Part shown: positions 10,389-20,648 of the stretch, in pieces
How the letters are laid out: every line of letters starts with the position of its first letter
How positions within the stretch are numbered: position 1 is the first letter of the stretch
Origin: Planctomycetota bacterium
Lineage (GTDB): Bacteria; Planctomycetota; B15-G4
Reading direction: 5' to 3'
DNA length: 64,000 bases
NCBI GenBank assembly: GCA_038212275.1
Contig: JBBQUR010000021.1
Coordinates: 24,165-88,164, forward strand
The notes under the pieces: model-generated
The model's database searches: none
The model's input: the letters and a program-made list of their open reading frames with translations, nothing else
Told to the model about the DNA's origin: nothing
Made by a program: the position numbers and the translations under genes

Positions 10389-11556
10389 ACTCCGCGCCCG
10401 CAGCACGACTGCCCTGCTGCTGACTCTCGTGCTGTGCGTCGGCGCCCGCGCGCAGGACGGCACGACGACGACCGCCACGCGCGCCGACAAGGACATCGAC
10501 GCGGCGGTCGCGACGGGCGTGAGCCAGCTGCTCGCGATGCAGGAAGGCGAGCCAGCTGCGCAATGGCCCTACGAAGGCGTGTACCGCGAAGACGGCGAGA
10601 TCCCCCCGGGCTACCGCGTGGGCGGCACGTCGCTGTGCGCGCTCGCGCTGCTGGAAGCGCCGGGCTGGGACGCCGACGAGCCGCGCCGCACGGCCGTCGA
10701 GCGCGCGGCGCGGTCCGTGATCGAGGCGCTGGCCGGCCCGGCATTCGGCACCGACATCGACGCCAGCTACGACGTGCGCGGCTGGGGCTGGGAGTGCGCG
10801 CTGCAATTCCTCGTGCGCCTGCAGACCCAGGGCCGCGTTCCCGCCCTCCTGCGCCCGAAGCTGGAAGCCACGGTGCGCACCTGCATCGCCGACATCCAGG
10901 CGACGGAGCTGCCGCGGGCCGGCGGCTGGAACTACGCGCGCAGCGGCGGCTGGCAGCAACCCGGTCCCGCCGCGCCGTTCATGACCGCGCCGACACTCCA
11001 GGCGCTGTTCGCCGCAGCGGCGGCCGGCTATGCCACCGACGCCGACGTGATCCGGCGCGGGCTGGACACGCTGGAAGCGGCACGCACTCCCCTCGGCAGC
11101 GTGGTGTATGGCGGCGTGGCGCGCGCCGAGCAGCCGTCGCTGCTGCCCGGCGCCGTGGGCCGCATGCTCGTGACCGAGACCACGCTCGCGGTCGCGGGGC
11201 GCGGCAGCATCGAGCGTGTGCGCGCCGCGCTCGACGCCTTCCTCGCACACCACGCCTGGCTCGAGCTGCGCCGCGGCCAGAAGGGCACGCACGTCGCGCC
11301 CTGGGGCATCGCGCCGTACTACGTGATGTATGCACACGAAGCAGCCTCGCGCGCCATCGAACTGCTGCCGGCGGCCGACCGCGGCGACTATCGCAACCGA
11401 CTGCGTGCGCTGCTGCTCGACACGCGTGGCGAGGACGGCCGCTGGAACGACCGCGTCTTCCCGCGCACCGCCAACTACGGCACCGCCATGGCCGTCCTGG
11501 CGCTCGTCGCACCCGAGCGCGGCGCGCCCGTCGCGTGGAGCGCGCCTCCGCCCTGA
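10381..11556 (+). CDS. Secreted prenyltransferase/squalene-oxidase-repeat (alpha/alpha barrel) protein
   Basis: Signal peptide; GGWNY and DGRWND QW-like repeats, YGTAMAVLAL; overlaps the glcF stop. Confidence 0.6.
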
Positions 11557-11562
11557 GGTCGC

Positions 11563-12525
11563 TCAGCCCGCGCTGACCGCGACCGCGGCGCCCGCCTCGA
11601 GGCGTGCAAAGGCCTCGGCCGGCACGTCCACGTCGGCGGCCTTCAGATTCTCCTGCAGCTGGGCGGTGGACGTCGCGCCGACGAGCGCGCTCGCGACCTC
11701 CGGGCGTCGCAGCACCCAGGCCAGCGCGAGCTGCGCCGACGTGAGGCCGCAATCCCGCGCCACGGAGGCGAGGTGCGCAGCTCGCATGAGATTGTCGGGG
11801 TTCAGCAGCGGCAGGAGGAATTTGTTGTTGCGGTCGTCGGCCGCGCGCGAGCCCCTGGGCACGACGCCCCCGGCGTATTTGCCCGTGAGCAGGCCCTGCG
11901 CCAGCGGACTCCACACGATCTGGCTCATGCCCAGCGACCAGCTCGTGGCCATGATGTCGGCCTCGATGCCGCGCTCGAGCAGGCTGTACTGCGGCTGGTT
12001 GGTCACGGGCCGGAAGCCGCCCCAGTGCTCGGCGCGTTCGCACGCCGCGCGGATCTGCGGCGAGGTCCACACGGAGACGCCCCAGTAGATCACCTTGCCC
12101 TGGCGGATGAGGTCTTCCATGGCGCGCGCCGTCTCGTCCACCGGCGTGTCGGGATCGAAGCGGTGGCACTGGTAGAGGTCGATGTAGTCGGTGCCGAGGC
12201 GCTTCAGCGACGCGTGGCAGGACTCCATGACGTGCTTGCGCGACAGGCCCTTGTCGTTGACGTTGTCCGACATCGGCCAGAAGAGTTTCGTGGCGAGCAC
12301 GAGGTCCTGGCGGCGCAGCGGAGCCAGCGCGCGGCCCAGCGCGAGTTCGGCCTCGCCGCGGTTGTAGATGTCTGCGGTGTCGAAAAAGTTGATGCCGGCA
12401 TCGAAGGCCTGCCGCACGAGGGCGTCCGTCGTGCGCTGCTCCACGGAGCCGCCCAGCGTGAGCCAGCTGCCGAGCGCGAGAGTGGAGACCTTGCAGCCCG
12501 AAGTGCCGAGATTGCGGTAGCGCAT
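11563..12525 (-). CDS. Aldo/keto reductase (Kv-beta/Tas-like)
   Basis: GINFFDTADIY, LATK, SLKRLGTDYIDLYQCHRFD, WSPLAQGLLTGKY. Confidence 0.92.
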   Translation of the reverse strand: MRYRNLGTSGCKVSTLALGSWLTLGGSVEQRTTDALVRQAFDAGINFFDTADIYNRGEAELALGRALAPLRRQDLVLATKLFWPMSDNVNDKGLSRKHVMESCHASLKRLGTDYIDLYQCHRFDPDTPVDETARAMEDLIRQGKVIYWGVSVWTSPQIRAACERAEHWGGFRPVTNQPQYSLLERGIEADIMATSWSLGMSQIVWSPLAQGLLTGKYAGGVVPRGSRAADDRNNKFLLPLLNPDNLMRAAHLASVARDCGLTSAQLALAWVLRRPEVASALVGATSTAQLQENLKAADVDVPAEAFARLEAGAAVAVSAG

Positions 12526-12615
12526 GAGGCGAGTCCTGATGGAATGGAAGTGCCAGCCTAGCGCAGCGGCACCGCGGGGCGCGAGCGTGCAGCGCTCAGG
12601 CGGCGGCGATCGAGT

Positions 12616-14058
12616 TCACGGGTCGTCGTTCGGGAGCCTTCCGAGCGCGGCCTCCAGCAGAGTGCGCGCGGAGGCTGCGGCGCCCTCGGCATCGAGCAGG
12701 GCGAGGCGCGCGTCCACCTCGTCGCGGCGGGCGACGGCCAGGTCGCCGTACTCGGCCTCGCCTGCCTGGAAGAGCCGCTCCGTGCGCTCTCGCAGCGCAC
12801 GCCGACGATCGGCCAGCGCGCGCGCGTGCTCGCTGAGGTAGTCCTGCGCCGACTGACTGCGATCCAGCGCGACGCACACCTGCCGCGCCACCTCCTGCGC
12901 CGTCGCGCGCAGCACCGCGGCCGCCGCGAGCAGCGATGCCTGCTCGGCCTGCTCCGCGGCCGCACCGGCATCGAACAGCGGCAGCTCCACGTCGAGGCCC
13001 GCCACTCCGAGCAACTGACCGTCCAGCGTGCGCGGACCGGCGCCGATCGTCGGCAGGAACTGCACTCGTTCGGCCGCGAGGGACAGCCTTTCGCGCTCGG
13101 CGTCGTAGCGCGCCCGCGCAGCGGCCAGCTCGGGGCGCGCGGCGGCCGCAGCGGCCAGGAGTTCCGCGAGCGGGGCTGCGTCGCTCACCGTCACGTCGGT
13201 CTCGAGCGGGTCGGCCAGCACGAGCGACAACGGCCGCTCGAAGCCCAGCGCAAAGGTGAATTCCAGCTCGAGCGCGCGTGCGTCCGCGCGGGCCGCCGCG
13301 ACATCGGCCAGGCTCTGGACGGCCTCGGCCTCCGCGCGTTCCAGGTCGAATCGCGGCGCGACACCGCTGTCCACGAATCGGTCGACGTCATGCCGCTGTC
13401 GCCCGGCGATCTCGGCCAGCTCCGCCTGCAACGCCACGCGCGCGCGCGCGACGAGCAACTCGTCGTAGGCGAGGCAGACCTCGGCGGCGAGGCGCTGGCG
13501 CTCGGCGAGGCAGTCCGCTTCCTCGGCGTCCAGATCCGACCGGGCGGCCGCGGCACGTCGCTTGCGTGCGGCGACATCGGCCAGTGACATCGCCAGGCTG
13601 AGCGTCGTCTGCACCTTGCTGCCGGAGGCCGCGTCATTGAGACCGAAGTCCTCCCAGCCCAGCGACAGTGTCGGATTGGGCAGCAGGGACGCCTGATCGA
13701 GGCGTGCGCGCGCACCAAGCCGCCGCGCCTCCCAGGCAGCCGCCGTCGGCGCGCTGGTGGTCGCCAGGGTGATGCACTGCGCGCGCGTGAGCGGCTCCCG
13801 CGCCAGCTCCTCCGTCCACGCCGCCGGAAGCGTCGGCTCGACGATGGTGGCCTCGCAGCCTGCCAGCACGGACATCACCGCCATGAGGCTCAGCAACGCC
13901 CATCGGTGGTGTCTGAGCCGCGCTGAGCTCCGGCCTACGCTTTGGCCTGCGCCCCGGTCTGCGCTCCGGTCTGCGCTCCGGCCTACGCCCCGGTCTGCGC
14001 TCCGGGATGCGCTCCGCCGAGCGAACCCGCGTCGCTGGTCATCCTGATCAGGAGGCAT
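12616..14058 (-). CDS. TolC-family outer-membrane efflux lipoprotein
   Basis: Lipobox VLAGC; LPNPTLSL, ARPELAAAR, LPLFDAG helical-barrel motifs; downstream of RND genes; exact start uncertain (12-bp repeats at about 13925-14020). Confidence 0.8.
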   Translation of the reverse strand: MPPDQDDQRRGFARRSASRSADRGVGRSADRSADRGAGQSVGRSSARLRHHRWALLSLMAVMSVLAGCEATIVEPTLPAAWTEELAREPLTRAQCITLATTSAPTAAAWEARRLGARARLDQASLLPNPTLSLGWEDFGLNDAASGSKVQTTLSLAMSLADVAARKRRAAAARSDLDAEEADCLAERQRLAAEVCLAYDELLVARARVALQAELAEIAGRQRHDVDRFVDSGVAPRFDLERAEAEAVQSLADVAAARADARALELEFTFALGFERPLSLVLADPLETDVTVSDAAPLAELLAAAAAARPELAAARARYDAERERLSLAAERVQFLPTIGAGPRTLDGQLLGVAGLDVELPLFDAGAAAEQAEQASLLAAAAVLRATAQEVARQVCVALDRSQSAQDYLSEHARALADRRRALRERTERLFQAGEAEYGDLAVARRDEVDARLALLDAEGAAASARTLLEAALGRLPNDDP

Positions 14059-17000
14059 CGGCTGGCTCCGGAAGCAGATGGCCGCGCGCGAGCGTGGCGC
14101 AGCCGAGCGGCACGACGAGAAGCGTGAAGGCCGTGGAGACGGCCAGGCCCCCGATGACCGCGATGGCGAGCGGCCGCTGCAGTTCCGCACCGGCGCCGAC
14201 ACCCAGCGCGAGCGGCAGCAGGCCTGCGATCGCGGCGCAGGTCGTCATGAGGATCGGCCGCAGGCGCACCCGTGCCCCGGCCAGGATCGCTTCGATCTCG
14301 GACAGGCCTTCACTGCGGAACTGCTGGCAGGACTCGATCATGATGATGCCGTTCTTCACGACGAGGCCGACGAGCATGATGAGTCCCATGCCCGAGCTGA
14401 TGTTCAGCGCCACGCCGCAGAGCTGCAGCGCCCAGAGGCCCCCGAGCTGGCCGAAGGGCAGGGCGAGGAACATCACCGCAGGCAGGCGCAGCGATCGGAA
14501 CTGCAGGACGAGCAGCAGAAAGACGAGTCCTCCGCCCAGCGCGAACACGAGCAGCAGATTGGCGAAGGCCGCCCGGCTGCTCTGCGCCTGCCCGCCGAAC
14601 TCCACGCGCACCGAGGCATCGCGCGGCAGCGCCGCCACCGCGCGTTCCACCGCGCGGCTTGCGGACCCGAGGTCGCGGCCGGAGACGCCCGCCGTGACGC
14701 GCACCAGCGGCGTCTGGTTCTCGCGCTCCAGCTCGTTCTCGCCGAGCGTGCGCGAGAAGCCCGCCAGTGCCGACAGCGGCACGAGCGACGCCTCGGCGCC
14801 GGGGAGCCCCGGCTGGAGCAGGACGCTCGGGCCGTCGCCCTCGACGCTGCCATCGACACGCCAGCGGTCCGGGTAGCGCACGCGGACGTCCACGAAGCGA
14901 TCGCCCTCGCGGATGCTCGTGGCGACCTCGCCGAGGAACTGCGCGCTGGTCTGCGCCGCGATGTCCTGCACGGTGAGGCCGGCGCGCGCGGCGGCCAGCG
15001 GGTCGGGGTGCCAGGTCAACTCGGGGCTGCCGAAGGAGACGTGATTTTTCACGTCCACGATGCCGGGAAGCGCGTCGAGCGTGCGCTCGACGTCGTCGGC
15101 GGCCCGCTGCAGCACGGCGTAGTCCGCACCGAGCAGCTTGACCTCGATCGGTGTCGGGTTGCCCGCGAGGTCCGCGATCGTGTCCTGCATGACCTGGATG
15201 AATTCGACCTCGGCCTGAGGCACTTCCCGCGCGAGGCGCAGCCGCAGGTCGTCCATCACGTCGAACACGCTGCGCTCGCGCTCGGTCAGCGGTCGAAGTC
15301 CCACGAGCATGTCGCCCGTGAACTGCTCGGTGGCGAAGAAGCCCAGCTCCGCGCCGGTGCGCCTCGAGAGCGAGGTCACTTCCGGCGTGTCGAGCAGGAC
15401 GGCCTCGATGCGCCGGCACGCGGCGTCGGTCTGCGCAAGACTCGATCCCACGGGCAGCGCGTAGTCGAGCACGAAGCCGCCCTCGTCCATCTCGGGCAGA
15501 AAGCCCGTGCGGATGCTGCCAAGGCCGGCGGCGCCGACCAGCACCGCGACGAGCAGCGCGAGTCCGGCCAGCCACGGGTGCAGCAGGCAGCGCCTGGCGA
15601 GTCCCGCATGGCGATCCTGCAACGCCGTCATCCAGCGCCTCACGGGCACGCCGCGCTTCGGCGCAAGGGCCGGCGCCAGCAGCATGAGCGGCGTGTAGAC
15701 GAGCGAGACGATCATGGAGGCCATGATCGAGATGCCGAGCGCGAGGCTGAGGCTCTGGAAGAACTGCCCGACGACTCCCTCCAGGAAGACCAGCGGAAGG
15801 AACACGACCACCGTGGTGAGCGACGAACCGACGATGGCGCCCAGCACCTCGCCCGTGCCCTCGCTCACGGCGCGGAAGCGCGCGTCGCGGGTCGCGTCGA
15901 CGCCCAGCGCCTGCGCCCGACGCGCCACGTTTTCCACCACGACGATGGCGTCGTCGATGATGAGTCCGATGGCCACCGCGAGCCCGCCGAGGCTCATGAG
16001 GTTGAGCGACTCGCCCACGACGGGAAAGAGCGCGATGGTGAGCAGCACGGACATCGGGATGGCGAGTCCCGCCACGAGCGTGATGCGCCAGCTGCCGAGG
16101 AAGAGCGCGATGACCACCACCGAGAGCAGCGCGCCGAGCGCGATGGCATCGCGCACGCCGTCAATGGAATCGTTCACGAGCTGCGCCTGATCGTAGACCG
16201 GCACGATGACCCCGCCGCCCGGCACGAGCGGCGTGATCTCGGCGAGGATCGAGTCCACGTCGCGCGACAGGTCCGTGACCTTGCCCCCGTCGCGCAGGAA
16301 CACCGAGACCACCACGCCGTCGTGTCCGCCGCCCGTGACGACGACCGTGCGCTCCGCCACCGTCTCCACGAGCCGACCGAGGTCCGCGAGGCGCACGGGA
16401 TCGCGGCCGTCGCGCGGCACCGCGAGGTCGAGCACCTGCTCCGGAGACGTGAGCTGTCCATCCACGAGGAGCTGGTATTGCAGCCCTTCCGTCTCCGAAC
16501 GCCCCACCGCCGCGACGACGTTTCCTGCGGCCAGCGCGTCACTCACGGCAAGCAGCCCCACCCCAGCCTGCGCGAGCGCGATCGGGTCGGCCTCGAAGAC
16601 GAACTCGCGCCGGTCGCCGCTCTGCACCGTGACCTGGAAGGTGTCGGGCAGGCGCGCGAGGCGCGGCTTGAGGTCCGCCTCCACCCACTCCGCGAGGCGC
16701 GCGCGTGCGACCGGATCACTTGCGGCGGCCGGCCCTGGCAGCACGTTGAAGGAGAGCACCGGGAAGACGGCGGGCGTCTGCCGTTCGATGGTCACCTGGG
16801 CATCGGGAGGCAGGCCGGCGGAGCCGACGCGCGCGCGCACCAGCGACAAGGTCTCGCGCATGTCGGCGGCGGGCCGGAAGTCCAGTGAGAACTCGCTCGC
16901 CCCGCGCAGCGTGCGGCTGCGCACGCGCAACAGGTCGGGCACGGCGGCGACGGCCTGTTCGACCGGCCGCGTGACGGCGACCAGCATGCCGCGCACCGGC

Positions 17001-17161
17001 TGCTCGCCGCGCTCGACGATGACCGCGATGCGTGGAAACGCGACGCGCGGGTAGATGCTGCGCGCGGAACTGCCGACCGCCGCCGCGCCTGCCGCGAGCA
17101 TCAGCCCCAGCAGCACGAAGAGCGCGCGCCTGTGCCGGTGAACGTGGCCGACGAAGTTCAC
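14048..17161 (-). CDS. RND efflux transporter permease subunit
   Basis: 1037 aa; LNLMSLGGLAVAIGLIIDDAIVVVEN, GLVVKNGII, RLRPILMT-LPLALG-GAELQRPLAIAVIGGL. Confidence 0.93.
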   Translation of the reverse strand: MNFVGHVHRHRRALFVLLGLMLAAGAAAVGSSARSIYPRVAFPRIAVIVERGEQPVRGMLVAVTRPVEQAVAAVPDLLRVRSRTLRGASEFSLDFRPAADMRETLSLVRARVGSAGLPPDAQVTIERQTPAVFPVLSFNVLPGPAAASDPVARARLAEWVEADLKPRLARLPDTFQVTVQSGDRREFVFEADPIALAQAGVGLLAVSDALAAGNVVAAVGRSETEGLQYQLLVDGQLTSPEQVLDLAVPRDGRDPVRLADLGRLVETVAERTVVVTGGGHDGVVVSVFLRDGGKVTDLSRDVDSILAEITPLVPGGGVIVPVYDQAQLVNDSIDGVRDAIALGALLSVVVIALFLGSWRITLVAGLAIPMSVLLTIALFPVVGESLNLMSLGGLAVAIGLIIDDAIVVVENVARRAQALGVDATRDARFRAVSEGTGEVLGAIVGSSLTTVVVFLPLVFLEGVVGQFFQSLSLALGISIMASMIVSLVYTPLMLLAPALAPKRGVPVRRWMTALQDRHAGLARRCLLHPWLAGLALLVAVLVGAAGLGSIRTGFLPEMDEGGFVLDYALPVGSSLAQTDAACRRIEAVLLDTPEVTSLSRRTGAELGFFATEQFTGDMLVGLRPLTERERSVFDVMDDLRLRLAREVPQAEVEFIQVMQDTIADLAGNPTPIEVKLLGADYAVLQRAADDVERTLDALPGIVDVKNHVSFGSPELTWHPDPLAAARAGLTVQDIAAQTSAQFLGEVATSIREGDRFVDVRVRYPDRWRVDGSVEGDGPSVLLQPGLPGAEASLVPLSALAGFSRTLGENELERENQTPLVRVTAGVSGRDLGSASRAVERAVAALPRDASVRVEFGGQAQSSRAAFANLLLVFALGGGLVFLLLVLQFRSLRLPAVMFLALPFGQLGGLWALQLCGVALNISSGMGLIMLVGLVVKNGIIMIESCQQFRSEGLSEIEAILAGARVRLRPILMTTCAAIAGLLPLALGVGAGAELQRPLAIAVIGGLAVSTAFTLLVVPLGCATLARGHLLPEPADAS

Positions 17162-18474
17162 GGGCCCGACACGGGATGCGCGACGATGTGCGCGCCATCG
17201 GGCAGGTTGTAGCCGCCCTCCACGATGACGCGATCGCCGACGTGCACGTCGCCCACCACTGCGGCAAGGCCGGCGTGGCGGCCTGTGACGGTCACCGGCA
17301 CCCTGCGCGCGCGGTCGCCGTCCGCGAGCACGACGACCTGCACGTCGCCGGCGCGGAGCACGGCGCGCTCGGGGACGAGGATCGACTCATTCAGCCGGCG
17401 CAGCTCCAGCTCGCCGCGCACGGCCATGCCGGGCGGGTCCGACGAGCTGCCGGCATCCGGTGCGACGAGCGCGACGAGCTGCCCCGTCGACGGATCGATG
17501 TCCCCGCCGACGCTCTGCAGCGTGCCGGAAGCGGCTGCGCCCTGTGCGTCGACCCAGGTGGCGCGAGCGCCGGGTTGCAACTCGCGCGCCGCCGCAGGCG
17601 TGACGGCGAAGGCGACGAGACGACCCTTCGCTGCAAGCAGTTCGGCGAAGGGCTGACCGGCCTCGAGGCGCTGGCCGGCGCGCGCGAGGAACGTGAGCAG
17701 CTGGCCGTCGACCGGCGTGCGCACGTCGGCCTCCGCGAGCTGGCGCTCGGTCTCGTCCACGGCGGCCTGCTCGCCGTCCCGCGCCGCCAGCAGCGTGGCG
17801 TGCTGGAGTTCACCGCTGAAGTCCCGGAAGTCCGAGGCCGCGCGCTCCGCCAGCTCCCGATCCGAGCGCGCCTGCGCGGCGGCCTGCTTCGCTTCAGCCA
17901 GCGCCTTGTCCGAGGACAGACCCTCGTCGTGCAGCGCCAGGATGCGCGCCGCCTGCGCTTCCAGCAGTTCCTGCTGCGACACCGCGCGTCGCACGGCGGC
18001 CTCCGCCTCGAGCTGCTGGCGCGAGCGGCCCCACGTTTCGAACTCCGCGAGTGCATCGGTGGCCTGCGCCAGCGAGGCACGAGCCTGCGCGACCGCACCA
18101 CGCAGCGGCACGGGATCGAGGCTCAGCAGCACGTCGCCCGCATGCACGAACTGGCCCTGCTCGGCGTGCGTGGCCAGCACCCGGCCGCCCGCCCGCGTGC
18201 CCAGCGTCTGCTCGGCTGACGGCGCCGCACGCACGACACCCGCTGCCGCCACGACGATGGCCAGCTCGCCGAAAGCCGCGTCCCCGGTGGTGACCGTCAC
18301 CAGAAGGTCGCCGGGCTCGAGTTCGGGCGCGGCGTCCTCGTCCTCGGCAGGCGCGTCGGCCGGGCTGCTCTCGTCGCCGCCGTGCCACAACGCAGTCACC
18401 GACCAGCCGAGCGCGACGCCTGCGACGAGCAGCAGCACGCCGCCGAACCGTCGTCTCGTGCCGATCGTCGTCAT
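17158..18474 (-). CDS. RND periplasmic adaptor (membrane fusion protein)
   Basis: N-terminal TM, lipoyl half-motifs (GGRVL-V-AGDVLL; VRTPVDGQL), coiled coil, VPERAV; overlaps the permease start. Confidence 0.88.
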   Translation of the reverse strand: MTTIGTRRRFGGVLLLVAGVALGWSVTALWHGGDESSPADAPAEDEDAAPELEPGDLLVTVTTGDAAFGELAIVVAAAGVVRAAPSAEQTLGTRAGGRVLATHAEQGQFVHAGDVLLSLDPVPLRGAVAQARASLAQATDALAEFETWGRSRQQLEAEAAVRRAVSQQELLEAQAARILALHDEGLSSDKALAEAKQAAAQARSDRELAERAASDFRDFSGELQHATLLAARDGEQAAVDETERQLAEADVRTPVDGQLLTFLARAGQRLEAGQPFAELLAAKGRLVAFAVTPAAARELQPGARATWVDAQGAAASGTLQSVGGDIDPSTGQLVALVAPDAGSSSDPPGMAVRGELELRRLNESILVPERAVLRAGDVQVVVLADGDRARRVPVTVTGRHAGLAAVVGDVHVGDRVIVEGGYNLPDGAHIVAHPVSGP

Positions 18475-18602
18475 GATGCGAGTGCTCCTCGGCCGGCAGC
18501 TTGAAGCCCCGCGGATCCTGTCGGGGCGGAGTCGGTTGTATCGAACACGTACGGATGGCGGTGCGCCGTCGGATCCAGGGGGCAGCTCACCGAGCCGTCA
18601 AA

Positions 18603-20648
18603 TCACTTGCTGAAGCGCGACAGCTCCCTGGCCACGCGTTGCAGGCGCTCGGCGTTCGCGGCGACCCATGCGTCGGGATCGTCGACCGGCGCGTCGTTCG
18701 CCGTGGTGACGGTGAAGCCGGTGAACCCGCCGCGATTCACCGGGAAGACGCCCTTCGTCTGCGCATCGACGCAGGCAAGGCTGTCCCAGTCGGCGATGAC
18801 CGTCTCGGTGCGCGGGCCGGCGCCGGAGCCGCCCGGATCGGCCCGCACCGCGGGAAGCAGGTCGCAGCCCAGACTGTAGTCGTCGGGCGGATTGGTGACA
18901 CCCAGCAGCGACATCAGCGTCGGCGCGATGTCGAGGTGACTGCTCATCCACGAGATGCGCGCAGGCTGCTGGCCAGGCACCCACAGCACGAAGGGCGTGC
19001 GCGTCTGCTCCTCGGCGAAGGAGGAGTGATGCCCCCAGTGTCCCTTCTCCATGAACTCCTCGCCGTGATCGCCGGTGATGACGACGATCGTGCTGTCCAG
19101 CAGGCCGCGCTCCGACAGGCCGTCGAGCACTCGCTGCAGCTGGCTGTCGAGGTGGTGGCACGCATTGATGTAGCGGTTCTTGATGAGGCCGATGTCGCCT
19201 TCAAGATCCATCGTCGCGTAGTTCATGTCCTCGAGGTACGGCGTGCGGATCACCGACTCGGGCGGGAAGTTGTACTGCGCGTGCGGAGATTCGAAGAACA
19301 TGAAGCGGAAGAAGGGCTTGTCCGCCGGACGCGTGTCGATGCTGTCGAGAAGCGCCGACACGTTGAGCCGGTCGTTCTGCCACCCCTCCAGCTTGTCGTC
19401 GCCTTCGTGCATGCGCTCGGCGGGCACCTCGGCAAACAGCGTCTCGCTGAATTCGGGGAAGGTGAATTTCGCGCTGGTGTAGAGCTGGAAATCGTAGTCG
19501 GCAGCGCGGAGCGCGCCGCAGATCACCGGCGCGCGGGTCTCGTTGAGGAAGGCGAACCAGTAGCTGCCGTACAGGCCGTAGAACATGCCGAACATGCCCA
19601 TGCGGGTGCCGTTGCCGGCGCTGTAGTGGTTGCGGAAGTCCAGCGAGCGCGCGGCGAAGGCCGACGTGGCGGGCATGATCTCCGGATCGAGCATGTCCGC
19701 CCGCAGCGATTCGGACACGAGCCACACGATGTTCCAGTTGCGACTGCCCGGCGCGCGCACGATCGGCTCCAGCGGATAGCGCAGGTTCAGCGGATCCGAC
19801 TTCATGCGGACGCTCTGCTCCCTGTCCGCCTTGAACCCGAGCAGGCCTGCCAGCTTGTGCATCCGCAGCGGCTGGTAGAAGGGAAAGGTCCCGGCCGCCG
19901 TGACGACGGTGGGAAAGTTGGCCGCGTCCGCGATGCCGTAGCAGAGCCGCTCGGAGGTCGAGAGCAGCATCAGCCCGGCGAGAAGGCCCCAACGCGCCTT
20001 TCGCGACGACAGCAGCATGCAGCCATGCGCAAAACGCCGGTGCCTCAGCGCGAGCAGCATCAGCAGGGCCTCGAGCACCAGCGAGCCCAGCGCGAGGAGG
20101 GCGAAGGACACGTAGGTGGAGCTTCCCGCACCCATGGACTCGATGCCGCCCGGAGTCTTCAGCAGGTTCCAGACGAAGCCGTTGAGGTGGTAGCCGTACA
20201 TGCGCACGATCACCGTGTCGGCGAAGATCACCAGCTGCAGGGCGGCCGCCAGCAGCACGGCGAGGCCGAAGAGCAGCGTCGTCGGCTCGACGTGCAGTCC
20301 CGCGGTGACTCGTCCGGCGAACCGCGCCACCGGCCCCCAGGCCAGCGCCCGGTTGAGCAGCACCAGCAGCAGCGCGATCGGAGCCAGATACATCGCCGGA
20401 TAGGTGAGGAACATCGCGGCCACGTAAAAGCCGGCCAGCGCCGAGCGCACCTCGACGTGGGCGAGATATGCCGAGGCGTTGAGCAGCAGCAGCAGCCAGC
20501 TCAACAGGAGGAAGCGGCCCAGGATCGCGGACCGGGTGCGGCGCGCGTCGGACCTTGCGAGCGCGCTGGCCGGTTCGTGCACGAAGCCGATGGGCACGTC
20601 GCCCCCCGCCGAGGTGACCAGGGAAGGGCGCGGGACGGGCGGCGTCAT
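18603..20648 (-). CDS. YejM/PbgA(LapC)-like inner-membrane sulfatase-fold protein (paralog 2)
   Basis: About 5 N-terminal TMs, DT-YGYHLNGFVWNL, NIVWLVSESLRAD, HYSAGNGTRMGMFGMFYG, TGDHGEEF-WGH; true start is the ATG at 20648 overlapping the paralog 1 stop. Confidence 0.82.
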   Translation of the reverse strand: MTPPVPRPSLVTSAGGDVPIGFVHEPASALARSDARRTRSAILGRFLLLSWLLLLLNASAYLAHVEVRSALAGFYVAAMFLTYPAMYLAPIALLLVLLNRALAWGPVARFAGRVTAGLHVEPTTLLFGLAVLLAAALQLVIFADTVIVRMYGYHLNGFVWNLLKTPGGIESMGAGSSTYVSFALLALGSLVLEALLMLLALRHRRFAHGCMLLSSRKARWGLLAGLMLLSTSERLCYGIADAANFPTVVTAAGTFPFYQPLRMHKLAGLLGFKADREQSVRMKSDPLNLRYPLEPIVRAPGSRNWNIVWLVSESLRADMLDPEIMPATSAFAARSLDFRNHYSAGNGTRMGMFGMFYGLYGSYWFAFLNETRAPVICGALRAADYDFQLYTSAKFTFPEFSETLFAEVPAERMHEGDDKLEGWQNDRLNVSALLDSIDTRPADKPFFRFMFFESPHAQYNFPPESVIRTPYLEDMNYATMDLEGDIGLIKNRYINACHHLDSQLQRVLDGLSERGLLDSTIVVITGDHGEEFMEKGHWGHHSSFAEEQTRTPFVLWVPGQQPARISWMSSHLDIAPTLMSLLGVTNPPDDYSLGCDLLPAVRADPGGSGAGPRTETVIADWDSLACVDAQTKGVFPVNRGGFTGFTVTTANDAPVDDPDAWVAANAERLQRVARELSRFSK

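Noticed and set aside
12616..18474. RND system as part of a mobile resistance island
   Set aside because: No mobility genes or flanking repeats seen; looks like an ordinary chromosomal efflux operon, and the substrate cannot be inferred.
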